A DNA stretch of 64,000 nucleotides from positions 96,001 through 160,000 of the forward strand of contig OZ219752.1 of assembly GCA_964291315.2 (NCBI GenBank). Reading direction: 5' to 3'. The stretch comes from Candidatus Poribacteria bacterium (GTDB lineage: Bacteria > Poribacteria > WGA-4E > WGA-3G). A model generated the notes under the pieces. That model was not told where the DNA came from, searched no databases, and saw nothing but the letters and a program-made list of their open reading frames with translations. Shown here one piece after another: positions 27,026 through 37,630 of this stretch. Within the stretch, counting starts at the first letter, position 1, and every line of letters starts with the position of its first letter. Made by a program: the position numbers and the translations under genes.

Positions 27026-28675
27026 ATGCCTACGCTCGACTTCAAAGGTAAACAATTCATATACGGCCATCATCTCACTGTGCCCATCCGGACGTTAAAA
27101 GTAGACACAGAGAAATCACTCAACACACATTATCCATCTTCTTTATCATTAGACGGTAACCTTGTTATCCACGGAGACAACCTACATGCTCTGAAAGCTC
27201 TACTCCCCAAATACGCAGGCAGAATTAAGTGCATCTACATCGACCCACCGTATAACACCGGCAACGAAAACTGGCACTACAACGACAACGTCAACAGCCC
27301 CCTCATGCAGACGTGGCTCAAGAAAAATAGTCCGATCGATGTTGAGGATTTAGAACGCCACGATAAATGGCTCTGTATGATGTGGCCTCGCCTCCATTTA
27401 CTACACGAACTCCTCGCAGACGATGGGGTCATTTTCATTTCTCTCGATGATAACGAACAACACCATTTACGAGCGCTCATGGACGAAATCTTTTCAGGAA
27501 ACTTCGTCGCAAATATCATTTGGCAAAAAAAGAATAGCCCACAAAACGATGCCAAAAACCTGTCCGCCAATCACGAATTCATCTTATGTTATGCCAAAAA
27601 CCTGTCCGGAGAAAGCAGATGGAAACGGGTGCTTCTACCCCGCTCCGAGAAACTCGATTCCCGTTACAAGTTTAACGATCACGATGGCAGGGGCCCTTGG
27701 GCTGCTGATAACTTAAGTGTCAAAACATACAATTCAGACTACGATTATCTAATTACAAACCCCAACACAGGCGAGGCACATGCGCCACCACAAGGACGTT
27801 GTTGGATAATTAGTCAAGAGACAGCCAAGCGATACCTTGCGGAAAATCGCATCTATTTTGGCAAAGACAAAAAAGGGAGACCCCTTTTAAAAAGATATTT
27901 AAAAGACGTTCAACAAGGCATCGTTCCGTTGACGATTTGGCACAATAGCGAAGTTGGAAGTAGCACCGAAGGGCGCAAGGCTATTTTGAAAATATTTCAT
28001 GATACCCAACGCCCCTTCGATAACCCTAAACCTGTTGACCTAATAAAGCGCGTTCTGCAAATCGCCTGCGGTCCTGAAGACATTATTCTTGATTCCTTTG
28101 CTGGCAGCGGCACCACTGCACATGCCGTCCTCGCACTCAACAAAGAAGATGGCGGCAACCGAAAGTTTATCCTCGTAGAATGCGAAGCATACGCACATAC
28201 CATCACCGCAGAACGCATCAGACGCATTAGCAACGGCATAGAAAACACCACAGACGAAAACTTGCGAAATGGACTCGGCGGGGCGTTCACCTACTGCACA
28301 CTCGGTGAACCCATTCACGAAGAAGGCATGCTCACCGGCGAAGCTCTTCCTTCCTATGAAGATTTAGCACACTACATCACCTACACAGCAATCGGTAAAG
28401 CATTGCCCTCTGTCGCAAAGCAGCAAGATTACTGCTTTGGTGAAACCGATAACATCCGTTTCTATCTCATCTATGAGCCGGCGTTAGCATTTTTGGAGAG
28501 CAATGAATCTGCGCTCGATGGAGAACGGGCCGAGAAGATAGCCGATGTGTGCAAAGAGACTGGTAAAATAGCCTATGTCTATGCTGCTCAGAAATTCGTC
28601 AGTCAGAGAGAATTATCACGCATGGGCATTACTTTTTGCCAGCTGCCCTATAACATTCACCGCATCACGGAGTAA
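27026..28675 (+). CDS. mod: Type III restriction-modification methyltransferase subunit
   Basis: IYIDPPYNTG, WLCMMWPRL, PKPVDLIKR, LDSFAGSGTTAHAV. Confidence 0.93.
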   Translation: MPTLDFKGKQFIYGHHLTVPIRTLKVDTEKSLNTHYPSSLSLDGNLVIHGDNLHALKALLPKYAGRIKCIYIDPPYNTGNENWHYNDNVNSPLMQTWLKKNSPIDVEDLERHDKWLCMMWPRLHLLHELLADDGVIFISLDDNEQHHLRALMDEIFSGNFVANIIWQKKNSPQNDAKNLSANHEFILCYAKNLSGESRWKRVLLPRSEKLDSRYKFNDHDGRGPWAADNLSVKTYNSDYDYLITNPNTGEAHAPPQGRCWIISQETAKRYLAENRIYFGKDKKGRPLLKRYLKDVQQGIVPLTIWHNSEVGSSTEGRKAILKIFHDTQRPFDNPKPVDLIKRVLQIACGPEDIILDSFAGSGTTAHAVLALNKEDGGNRKFILVECEAYAHTITAERIRRISNGIENTTDENLRNGLGGAFTYCTLGEPIHEEGMLTGEALPSYEDLAHYITYTAIGKALPSVAKQQDYCFGETDNIRFYLIYEPALAFLESNESALDGERAEKIADVCKETGKIAYVYAAQKFVSQRELSRMGITFCQLPYNIHRITE

Positions 28676-28682
28676 GCACATA

Positions 28683-31319
28683 ATGCAACTCAAAGACTAT
28701 CAACAACAGGTGTTAAATACATTGGACCGCTATTTGGAATCGCTTGAGACGGCGCGTCAACAAGCAGATAAAACCACAGAATATCTGGTATCAGATAACA
28801 TTCCTGACTTCTTGAAAGAACAAGTAGAAACTTTAGCGAAGCAATCAGAGAATTACCCACATACTGCCTGGGAAAATTTGCGAAAATCCGCTGCATTGCC
28901 CAGCATTATGGATACACAAGGTCAGCATTTAATTCCAGAACATATTTCACGGGAGAGTGCCTCGGGTGAACCTATACCGCATGTTTGCCTAAAAGTCCCA
29001 ACGGGTGGGGGTAAAACCTTGTTAGGGGTGGAGGCGGTGCGTCACTTGAAACTCGGTACCGGATTTGTGCTATGGCTCGTACCGACCAAAGCCATCTATG
29101 CGCAAACGTATGACGCTTTTCGGAACAAAGAGCACCCGTATCGGCAGATTCTTGATCGTGCTTCCGGTGGCCGCGTCAAATTGCTCCAAAAAGACGACAG
29201 ATTCACAAAGCAGGACATTGAGAATTATCTCTGCGTAATGCTCCTTATGCTTCCCGCAGCACGTAGAAACCGAAACAAGGAATTTCTTAAAATTTTCCGT
29301 GATACAGGTGGCTATGCATCTTTTTTTCCGGTTGAGGATGACGTACGGGAGCATCAAGCCTTATCAGAGAAATATCCAGATCTTGAGGCAGCAACAGGCG
29401 ATCAACCACAGCAGCCTCGCGGGATCCTTGCGCGGAATCCAAAAGATAGACTCATCAAACAGAGTCTTTTCAACGTTCTGAAATTGCTCCGTCCCACAGT
29501 AATTTTGGATGAGGCACACAAAGCCTACGGAAGTCCCGACCCTGCCCGAAATAAAGGGTTTGTAGAAGCAGTGAATAGGCTTAACCCGCGTTTCGTGTTG
29601 GAACTCTCCGCCACGCCGAAACTCGGTATCAGCAATATCCTCGTCAACATCTCTGGCCTTGCCCTGAAAGAAGAAGAGATGATTAAACTTCCGATTCACC
29701 TTCGAAATTTTCCGAACTCTGATTGGCGGTATACTCTTGCTCAGACGAAAATAGAACGCGATAAACTTGAGGGGGCCGCGAAACAACTTCAGCAAGCGGA
29801 AGATAGCTACATCCGCCCTATCGCTGTGATCCGTGTCGACCGCACCGGCAAAAATCAACGTGACGGCGTGAAGGTGCACGCCGAAGATGCTCGCGAAGAA
29901 CTGATTAACGCTTTGGGGGTGCCGGCAGAACAAATTAAGGTAAAATCCTCGGAGCTAGATGAACTCACTGGAATAGACCTCATGAGCCCGTTCTGTCCTG
30001 TCCGCTATATTATCACTAAGGATGCCCTAAAAGAGGGGTGGGACTGCCCGTTTGCTTACCTACTCACCCTCCTTGACAACACCACAGCTGCAACAGCAAT
30101 GACGCAACTCATCGGCAGAGTGATGCGTCAACCCTACGCACGCGCTACAAACCAACTAGAACTCGACAGCTGTTATGTCTTCTGCTACAATCAGGAAGTT
30201 AAAAGAGCAGTCGCGAACGTCAAGAAAGGATTAGAGGCAGAAGGATTAACAGGCTTGGCAGATTTTGTTGAGGGTAACGGCGTAGAGCGGGTTCAGCGAA
30301 TCATTGAACGTAAACCGAAATACCGGAATGTAGATATCTTTTTGCCGCGTGTGCTTCATAAGGAAGGGCGGAACTGGCGGATGCTCAATTATGAGCGGGA
30401 CATCCTCAAAGCAATCGACTGGCATCAACTCGGCGCAATAGCACCTATCAGCTTAGATGACGAAGCACAACTTCAAGAGATACGGGCCACTATCCATCTC
30501 CAAGATGAGGCCGTAATTGATAAGAAGCTGCAAGAGAGCGCCGCACACAACTTGGAGGTGGCGTTTTTCGTCAGGCGATTGGGCGATGTTCTCCCAAATC
30601 CATGGCACGCCGCACGCATCGTCAAAGCAACCCTCACCGCCTACTACGAAGAAGGGATCGACGAGGAAACGGTTTATAAGCACCGGTTGTACCTCTCCGA
30701 GTACCTGAAACGTAGTTTGCGCACTCATGTTGATAAACTCGCTGAAAACGTTTTCCGAGAAAAGTTAGGAGCCGGAAAAATCCAGTTTAACCTACACACA
30801 GATAGCCTAACAAACTACCAATTGGAAAAAACGCTCGTCGTCAGTCTCACAACCGAAGCCAAACCGATGACGCATCCACACGGAGATCTGCTACAACTTA
30901 ACATTTTTGAACTGGTATTTGAAGGTGAATTTAACCAGCTAGAAACGAACTTCGCGCTCTACTTAGACAAGCACAGCGCAATTCAGTGGTGGCACCGCAT
31001 CGCCGCAAAACAAGGATATTTCTTGCAAGGGTGGCGACGCGAACGCATCTACCCAGACTTCATCGCCTGTGTCCAACGGAACCAAACAGGACCACAACGA
31101 CTCTGTATTTTTGAAACTAAAGGACAACACCTTGAAGGCAACAACGATACGGTTTATAAAGAAAAACTGATAGAAACCTTAGAAACCGCATACCGAAACG
31201 CTACACCGCACGGCACAATGGATATCACAGCCCCCAATAGCAAAACGATGTCCTTCCGCATGCTATTTGAAAACTCATGGCGCGAGACACTAAATGAAAC
31301 GATAGCTGAACCTGAGTAA
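28683..31319 (+). CDS. res: Type III restriction endonuclease/helicase subunit
   Basis: LKDYQ, PTGGGKT, DEAH, EGWDCP, QLIGRVMR, nuclease motif YPDF...ETKG; start trimmed to ATG 28683. Confidence 0.92.
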   Translation: MQLKDYQQQVLNTLDRYLESLETARQQADKTTEYLVSDNIPDFLKEQVETLAKQSENYPHTAWENLRKSAALPSIMDTQGQHLIPEHISRESASGEPIPHVCLKVPTGGGKTLLGVEAVRHLKLGTGFVLWLVPTKAIYAQTYDAFRNKEHPYRQILDRASGGRVKLLQKDDRFTKQDIENYLCVMLLMLPAARRNRNKEFLKIFRDTGGYASFFPVEDDVREHQALSEKYPDLEAATGDQPQQPRGILARNPKDRLIKQSLFNVLKLLRPTVILDEAHKAYGSPDPARNKGFVEAVNRLNPRFVLELSATPKLGISNILVNISGLALKEEEMIKLPIHLRNFPNSDWRYTLAQTKIERDKLEGAAKQLQQAEDSYIRPIAVIRVDRTGKNQRDGVKVHAEDAREELINALGVPAEQIKVKSSELDELTGIDLMSPFCPVRYIITKDALKEGWDCPFAYLLTLLDNTTAATAMTQLIGRVMRQPYARATNQLELDSCYVFCYNQEVKRAVANVKKGLEAEGLTGLADFVEGNGVERVQRIIERKPKYRNVDIFLPRVLHKEGRNWRMLNYERDILKAIDWHQLGAIAPISLDDEAQLQEIRATIHLQDEAVIDKKLQESAAHNLEVAFFVRRLGDVLPNPWHAARIVKATLTAYYEEGIDEETVYKHRLYLSEYLKRSLRTHVDKLAENVFREKLGAGKIQFNLHTDSLTNYQLEKTLVVSLTTEAKPMTHPHGDLLQLNIFELVFEGEFNQLETNFALYLDKHSAIQWWHRIAAKQGYFLQGWRRERIYPDFIACVQRNQTGPQRLCIFETKGQHLEGNNDTVYKEKLIETLETAYRNATPHGTMDITAPNSKTMSFRMLFENSWRETLNETIAEPE

Positions 31320-31407
31320 CAGATGGAATAGATGCCCGCCCACCTTTGAACCCTTTTTCCTATTAAACACAAGTCAAAACAACTCTGCTGAACATCGCTA
31401 TATCGGC

Positions 31408-31436
31408 TTGCAAGCTTCTACAAAAAGTGGTATAAT
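31408..31436 (+). promoter_or_regulatory. sigma70-type promoter of argG
   Basis: TTGCAA-N17-TATAAT with extended -10 TG. Confidence 0.6.
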
Positions 31437-31465
31437 TCCGGGATAACATAACTAAACACAATACT

Positions 31466-32716
31466 TTGGAGATTACGTTGAATATTGATACATTAAAAGG
31501 AAAAACCGTTGGAGCTGCCGTTTCAGGCGGCCTGGACAGTTGCACCATCACCAAGTGGTTGGTTGATAAGGGGGTCAACGTCATCTGCTTTACAGCAGAT
31601 CTCGGACAACCCGACGAACAAAACGTTTCCGAAATCCGAGAACGGATGATGGCCTGTGGTGCTGAAAATGCCATTATAATAGACGCAAAAAAAGCGCTTG
31701 CGGAAGCAGGTATCCAGCTCATCCAGTGTCAGGCGATGTATGAGGGCGGCTATTGGAACACAACCGGCATCGCACGACATGTCACGGTGAAAGCCCTCCA
31801 ACCGGAGATGGAAAAGCATGGCATTTCCATTTTGACACACGGTGCAACCGGCAGAGGCAATGATCAGGTCCGGTTTCAGCTCGCCACCAATATGCTCAAC
31901 CCGCACTTTACTGTCTACGCACCGTGGCGGGATCCGGAATTCCTCAAAAATTTCGGTGGCAGAAAAGAGATGATAGACTTCTGCCAAGCGCATAACCTTC
32001 CGATTACCGCCACACACGAAAAACCTTACTCAACCGATGCGAATCTTCTCGGACTGACGCATGAAGCGGGACGACTCGAATCCCTAAAAACCGCTGCCAG
32101 CTTTATTAATCCCGGTATGGGAGTGCATCCGAAGGATGCACCTGACGATGTAGAACACTTCACCGTCACATTTGCGCGCGGAAGACCTATTGAAATTAAC
32201 GGAAGCCCTGTCACACCGCTCCAGAGTCTGTTGGAGACAAACCGCATTGGTGGACGGAATGGTGTGGGCATCGCCATTCATACCGTTGAAAATCGGTTTG
32301 TCGGTATTAAAAGCCGCGGAGTCTATGAGTCGCCCGGGATGGAATTGCTCGGGAAGTGTTATGAATATCTACTCCAACTGATTTTAGATAGACGCGCACG
32401 CCGGCATCTTGATGGCGTTGCCGCTACAATCGCGGAGCAGATCTATCAAGGGTATTGGTTCGATGCCACCACCCAGGCCCTGTTAGCTTCTATTGAGCCC
32501 CTGACCGAATTAGCAAGTGGGACTATCACAGTAGCACTTTACAAAGGGAATGTCACATTCCACGCCGCAGATAATGCCCCGCACTCACTCTACTCGGAGG
32601 AGACGGCTTCCATGGAAGCCGTTGGTAACTTCGATCACGCGGATTCCGAAGGGTTTTTAGCCGTATTAGGTGTGGGGGCTCGGGCATCAGCTGTTGCTGG
32701 ACACACGCCAGAATGA
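31466..32716 (+). CDS. argG: argininosuccinate synthase
   Basis: SGGLDS, HGATGRGNDQVRF, YSTDANL, ENRFVGIKSRGVYESPG. Confidence 0.96.
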   Translation: MEITLNIDTLKGKTVGAAVSGGLDSCTITKWLVDKGVNVICFTADLGQPDEQNVSEIRERMMACGAENAIIIDAKKALAEAGIQLIQCQAMYEGGYWNTTGIARHVTVKALQPEMEKHGISILTHGATGRGNDQVRFQLATNMLNPHFTVYAPWRDPEFLKNFGGRKEMIDFCQAHNLPITATHEKPYSTDANLLGLTHEAGRLESLKTAASFINPGMGVHPKDAPDDVEHFTVTFARGRPIEINGSPVTPLQSLLETNRIGGRNGVGIAIHTVENRFVGIKSRGVYESPGMELLGKCYEYLLQLILDRRARRHLDGVAATIAEQIYQGYWFDATTQALLASIEPLTELASGTITVALYKGNVTFHAADNAPHSLYSEETASMEAVGNFDHADSEGFLAVLGVGARASAVAGHTPE

Positions 32717-32720
32717 ACAT

Positions 32721-33713
32721 TCAAGGCACTTCAATCTTCGCTAACACTTGCGAAATGATGCTCTCGACATCACGCCCGTCCGCCTCCGCTTCATAACTGA
32801 CGATCACTCGATGCCTTAGCACATCTGCGCCCACGGCATGAATATCTTCAGGCGTAACATAGCCTCGTTGTGAGAGAAACGCGCGAGCTCTCGCAGCAAA
32901 CGCTAAGAAGATAGTCGCACGCGGGGATGCCCCGTATTCAATCAAGGTGCTGAGTTCTTCTAACTGATAGGCCTGCGGGGTCCGCGTCGCACACACCAGA
33001 TCGACGATGTAATTTTCTAATTGCTCTGCCATGTAGATATTACGGACGATCTCCCTGAATCGGATAATATCTCCAAGAGAAATCACCTGCTGAATTGGAT
33101 GTATTTCTTCGGTCGTCATCCGCCGAAGGATCTGCAACTCCTCGCCGTGTGAGGGGTAATCAACCTTAACTTTCAGCATAAACCTATCCACTTGTGCTTC
33201 AGGTAACGGATAAGTGCCTTCATGCTCAATGGGGTTTTGGGTGGCTAAGACTAGAAAGGGATCACCTAGTGGATATGTGGTTCCACCGATCGTGACCTGC
33301 CGTTCCTGCATCGCTTCAAGGAGCGCGCTTTGAACCTTGGCAGGTGCACGGTTTATCTCATCTGCAAGGATAATGTTGGCGAAAATGGGGCCCTTTTTCG
33401 TGTAAAAATCGCCCTGCTGCTGATCGTAGATAAGCGTGCCGATGAGGTCTGCTGGGAGCAAATCAGGTGTGAACTGCAGACGGTTGAAGGAAGCATCGAT
33501 AGTTTGGGCGAGTGCATTCACAGCGGTTGTTTTTGCCAAACCAGGTACGCCTTCCAGCAGAATATGTCCATTGCAGAGCAGTCCGATAAGCAAACCTTCC
33601 AGCAATTCGCTCTGCCCAACGATAATTTTCCCTGTCTCTGTGAGAATCCGCTGTATGTACCCGCTATCTGCTTGGATGCGGGCATTCATCGCTTCTAAGT
33701 CGTAGTTTTGCAT
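32721..33713 (-). CDS. moxR: MoxR-family AAA+ ATPase
   Basis: GVPGLAKT, RLQFTPDLLPAD, DEINRAPAKVQSALLEAM, YPLPEAQVDRF, GASPR. Confidence 0.95.
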   Translation of the reverse strand: MQNYDLEAMNARIQADSGYIQRILTETGKIIVGQSELLEGLLIGLLCNGHILLEGVPGLAKTTAVNALAQTIDASFNRLQFTPDLLPADLIGTLIYDQQQGDFYTKKGPIFANIILADEINRAPAKVQSALLEAMQERQVTIGGTTYPLGDPFLVLATQNPIEHEGTYPLPEAQVDRFMLKVKVDYPSHGEELQILRRMTTEEIHPIQQVISLGDIIRFREIVRNIYMAEQLENYIVDLVCATRTPQAYQLEELSTLIEYGASPRATIFLAFAARARAFLSQRGYVTPEDIHAVGADVLRHRVIVSYEAEADGRDVESIISQVLAKIEVP

Positions 33714-33730
33714 GCTGAAATAGCTAACTG

Positions 33731-35083
33731 CTATGAGAAAAAAGCCGGCGTTTCGCCTTCCTGAAAGGACTGCTCAAGCCACGGATCTTTGGTCTTCTGC
33801 CTGAACCCGAGGACCTTTTGACGCATTTCGTTGGCAATCTCTTGTAACGCCGGCACGTCAATGAGATTCTCTGATTCTGCCGGATCGGCTTCTATATCAA
33901 ACAGTGCCTCACGACTCTGCTGTAAGAAATTATTCCGCTGCCGTTCCCCGAGTTGTTGAACGTTATCGTTGCGCACGGCTGTCCAAGAGATGGATCGGAA
34001 CAGATCGCTGGGAAGTGGTGTCTCCAATTGATACGCCAAATTACGGACGTACTTATATCGCCGCCCTCGCAAGACGCGATACGGATAGTAGTTAGTTACC
34101 TCGTGGAAGCAGTGGGAAAAATAGGTCTCCTCCCATTCACCGTTTCCCGGTTGCGAACTATCATCTTCAAGGATAGAAAGGATCGATTTACCCGGAAGCG
34201 TGGCCGCACCATCCGGGGGCGTAACACCACACCAATCTAACATCGTTGGGCAGAAGTCTACCCAATTGACGAGTGCCTGATTATGGAATCCCCGTTTTTG
34301 TTGTGTGGGACTAGCGATAAGCAGTGGGCAATGGTGTCCGCTATCGAAACTTGATGCCTTCGCACCGGGAAACGGCATCGCGTGATCAGTCGTAACAAAG
34401 ACAAGGGTCTCATCTGCACGCCCAGAAGTGTCAAGCGCGTCCAAGACCGCACCCACTACGGCATCCCAGCGTGAAACGCTTTCGTAATAATCGGCAAGGT
34501 CCTCACGGACAGCCGGAACATCTGGCAAGAAATTCGGGACAATTATTTCGTCCGGACTATAAGAGCTAGGTTGAATCCCAGCATGCTCCTGCTGGTTTCC
34601 GAAACCTTTACCTGCCCGATGTGGATAGGTGCTACCGATATGGAGGTAGAAGGGCTGATCTACGTTCTCAGAGAGGAATTGCTTCACTTTCGATGCCATG
34701 TCCATAGGGCTTCTGGCATCAACCTTGGGCTCAAAATCAAACGGATAAACCGAGGCAGGTTCAACGTGTTTCTTCCCGAGGCACGCCGTAGCAAATCCTT
34801 GTGCTTTCAGGATTTTCGGCACCGATTGCATGTGTTCATGTGTCCGGAATCCGTGAATTCCGTGGCAGTGTCCATATTGCCCGTGTGTATGACTATGTTG
34901 GCCCGTCAGAATGCACGCGCGACTCACAGCGCAGGATGGACTTGTGCAAAAAGCATGATCAAACACAACCCCGCGTTCTGCGAAGGTGTCGATGTGCGGC
35001 GTTCGGATAACCTCGTTCCCGTAACACTTCGCAATGCGGCTCCAATCGTCTGCAATGACAAACATGACGCTTTTATGACTCAT
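33731..35083 (-). CDS. sulfatase (N-sulfoglucosamine sulfohydrolase-like)
   Basis: IADD, TPHID, SPSCAVSRACILTG, GKKH, PH, TTDH, AK; start trimmed to ATG 35083. Confidence 0.9.
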   Translation of the reverse strand: MSHKSVMFVIADDWSRIAKCYGNEVIRTPHIDTFAERGVVFDHAFCTSPSCAVSRACILTGQHSHTHGQYGHCHGIHGFRTHEHMQSVPKILKAQGFATACLGKKHVEPASVYPFDFEPKVDARSPMDMASKVKQFLSENVDQPFYLHIGSTYPHRAGKGFGNQQEHAGIQPSSYSPDEIIVPNFLPDVPAVREDLADYYESVSRWDAVVGAVLDALDTSGRADETLVFVTTDHAMPFPGAKASSFDSGHHCPLLIASPTQQKRGFHNQALVNWVDFCPTMLDWCGVTPPDGAATLPGKSILSILEDDSSQPGNGEWEETYFSHCFHEVTNYYPYRVLRGRRYKYVRNLAYQLETPLPSDLFRSISWTAVRNDNVQQLGERQRNNFLQQSREALFDIEADPAESENLIDVPALQEIANEMRQKVLGFRQKTKDPWLEQSFQEGETPAFFS

Positions 35084-35118
35084 AATACTCCTTTCTGATG
35101 TTAGGTTTGAGGTGTGAA

Positions 35119-37494
35119 CTACACAAGTCCCCCACGTTTTCTTAGGAACCACTCGAACCCAAGTAGTACAATAACAGCACCAAAAATCAAAGGCATATCC
35201 CAAATATCAACGTCCGTAATTTTTGACGTTGCACTCTCTACAAGCGGAATCCGGTTTGCCAGTTGAGATGCTTCTTCAGGGCGATAGTATTCCCCGCCGC
35301 TGCCCTCGGCAAGTGTTTTGAGAAGCGCGACGTTGAGTTCAGCATCACTGAATTCAGCATAAGAAGTTTTTACTTCAAACAGACTCTGCTGTTCGCCTAA
35401 GTTTTCACCGTCAAGCGTACCCGTGGCAGTCACGGTGTATTCTCCGTATCGATTCGGAATAAAACGGGCTGTGTAAAATCCATCTTTACCGAGTACCTGT
35501 TCAAGTTTCAGCTCTTTGCGCTTCCCTGTCTCGTCAACGACAACGGCGCGGAGTTTTGCGTTGTTTGTCAGCTCAAACTGCGGATCCGTAGCAGTGACCT
35601 CAATCACGACTGGCTCTTTCAAGGTATAAGCGGTTTTTGCTATATCGAGTTTGATATGCTCCTTTGGTGCGGTTGTCAACCACTTGGCAACCTGTCGCCA
35701 GAATCTTTCATAACTATCGTCCTCTCGTGGCATGTGCATCCGCCATCGCCATGAGGTGTGAGGGGTAAACACCATAACACGCCCGGCGTTGTAATTGTGC
35801 GTTGCAATAAGGATTCGATTGCCGAATTCGTTCCGATCTCTTGGATGCTCAGCAAGGACAACTGCCCCCGCTTTCGCTCGTTTTACCTTGCTATATCCCA
35901 TGAGCGTAGGAAAATCCATCCAACGTTTGACATTTTCCGTAGAATTGCTCACCAATGCCATCAGTGTTTCAACCTTCCCATCTGCTGTCAGCTGCAATTT
36001 ATAACCTTTGTCCTCGCTAGACCGTGAGCCGGGGAGCCTCGGTGATAAGGGGGCAGGCGGCGATCCAAGCTCTAGCTCTACCGGAAGGCACTGCGCAATT
36101 GGTGTGTTAATATAGGAGGCGGCAAGTTCATGGTTACCCAAAGAGCTAGAACCGCCTAACATAAGCAGCCCACCGCCTCGGGTACGGACGAAATCGAGGG
36201 TATTCTCTAACTGGTCGCTGGTAAATTCAGATGCGTCGACGTTGCCTAAAATGATAGCGTCAAAGTCGAAAAGCGTTGCCTTGTCGTCAGGATAAAAATC
36301 GAAATCGTGGGATGCTTCTGAGAGCGTGCCTCCATAAAACTGTTTATCCGTAGTGACACTGGTCAAGAATCGGTCAGTTACTTGGATGTTCGGGTCATTT
36401 TTAAGGGCACGTTTTATAAAACCAAACTCCCACCGCGGTTTGCCATCAATAAACAGGATTTTTGCGCGCTTGGTAGGTGCAACTTTCAGTAAGAATGTTT
36501 TGGTGTTATTTTGGGGGACAGCTTCCATTTCTTCCAACGCCGCATGGACCTCGAATCTGTGGGTGCCTGCTTGCCGAGGCGTAAATTTGAGCAACACACG
36601 TTCCGTCTTTGTATTAGACGAATCGTCAGTTATACGGATCTGGCGCGTCCAAGAGGTATCTTTATCCATGTCAACAGACTCTGTTTTCAGGACACGTCCG
36701 GCGCTCGTTAATTGGAGGTTCACTTTCTTTCCGGCAAAACCCTTTCGTTTTAGCGTAACCCACATCTCTACAGGAAAATCTTCTTCCGCGGTGCGGGGGA
36801 TATCTACCTTGACAAGTTCCAGATCTGAATTGCCCGTTTCCGAACCGATACCGATTGTATGAATAGGAAGTTTACGTTCTCGAGTTTGCATTGCAAATTT
36901 TGCGATGTCTGCACCACTTCTGTCCGCTCCGTCTGTCAATAGAACCACCCCGGATAGCGGAATTCCATGTAGATCCTCGAGCGCCTCGTTGAGAGCGTGT
37001 GGAATATCTGTACTTTCGCCAGCAGCGGCTTTCAAATATTGGCTTGGAATCCGTTTTGCTGTTGTATCAAACCCAAAAAATCGGATCTTGAATTTAGCTT
37101 CGAGTTTTTCAAGGAGTCCGTCTCCGTCCCGGAAAAGTAATTCGTTGGCACGCCGCAATCGTGCCGCTCCGCCCATTGAATCAGTAATCTGCATACTCTT
37201 GGACTGATCAACCATTACTAATAGATAGGAATCGTCCGGGCTTGTCTGATAAATTGTCAGGAACGGTTTAAGGAGACAGAAGACGAGCATAGAGAAAACC
37301 ACAACACGAAAAAGGATGAGAAGCCCTCGAAATCTGCGGCGGATACGTCCTTGTGTGCTACGATATGCCCACACCGTCGTGGCAAAAAGCGCAATAAGCA
37401 GCATAGCTATCAGAAGTCCCGGCAGCGGGACACCAAACGAGAAATTTCCCTCTCGGAAGACATCAATGGGATACTTCATCATTTTCTCAAACAC
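35119..37494 (-). CDS. membrane-anchored vWA plus glutamine amidotransferase-like domain protein
   Basis: Two N-terminal TMs, DQSKSM and LLTDG MIDAS motifs, GGGLLMLGG, C-terminal EWFLRKRGGL; start may be a few codons later. Confidence 0.85.
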   Translation of the reverse strand: MFEKMMKYPIDVFREGNFSFGVPLPGLLIAMLLIALFATTVWAYRSTQGRIRRRFRGLLILFRVVVFSMLVFCLLKPFLTIYQTSPDDSYLLVMVDQSKSMQITDSMGGAARLRRANELLFRDGDGLLEKLEAKFKIRFFGFDTTAKRIPSQYLKAAAGESTDIPHALNEALEDLHGIPLSGVVLLTDGADRSGADIAKFAMQTRERKLPIHTIGIGSETGNSDLELVKVDIPRTAEEDFPVEMWVTLKRKGFAGKKVNLQLTSAGRVLKTESVDMDKDTSWTRQIRITDDSSNTKTERVLLKFTPRQAGTHRFEVHAALEEMEAVPQNNTKTFLLKVAPTKRAKILFIDGKPRWEFGFIKRALKNDPNIQVTDRFLTSVTTDKQFYGGTLSEASHDFDFYPDDKATLFDFDAIILGNVDASEFTSDQLENTLDFVRTRGGGLLMLGGSSSLGNHELAASYINTPIAQCLPVELELGSPPAPLSPRLPGSRSSEDKGYKLQLTADGKVETLMALVSNSTENVKRWMDFPTLMGYSKVKRAKAGAVVLAEHPRDRNEFGNRILIATHNYNAGRVMVFTPHTSWRWRMHMPREDDSYERFWRQVAKWLTTAPKEHIKLDIAKTAYTLKEPVVIEVTATDPQFELTNNAKLRAVVVDETGKRKELKLEQVLGKDGFYTARFIPNRYGEYTVTATGTLDGENLGEQQSLFEVKTSYAEFSDAELNVALLKTLAEGSGGEYYRPEEASQLANRIPLVESATSKITDVDIWDMPLIFGAVIVLLGFEWFLRKRGGLV

Positions 37495-37514
37495 AATCGT
37501 TTACCCTTATACTT

Positions 37515-37630
37515 TTAGTTATTAGCTATTAGCTTTGAGTCGCTTGTTCGCACATACACTACTCGTTATGGATTCTTGTAGATGAATCCCTTTCTCCCGC
37601 TACAAAAAATTCTTAACCACTGACTGCTAT
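37515..37630. repeat. element bounded by inverted heptamer arrays
   Basis: TTAGTTA-TTAGCTA-TTAGCTT at left, TAACCAC-TGACTGC-TA at right. Confidence 0.45.

Noticed and set aside
27026-28675. Phase-variable simple sequence repeat in mod
   Set aside because: No SSR tract seen; the longest homopolymer noticed is about A7 and the frame is intact
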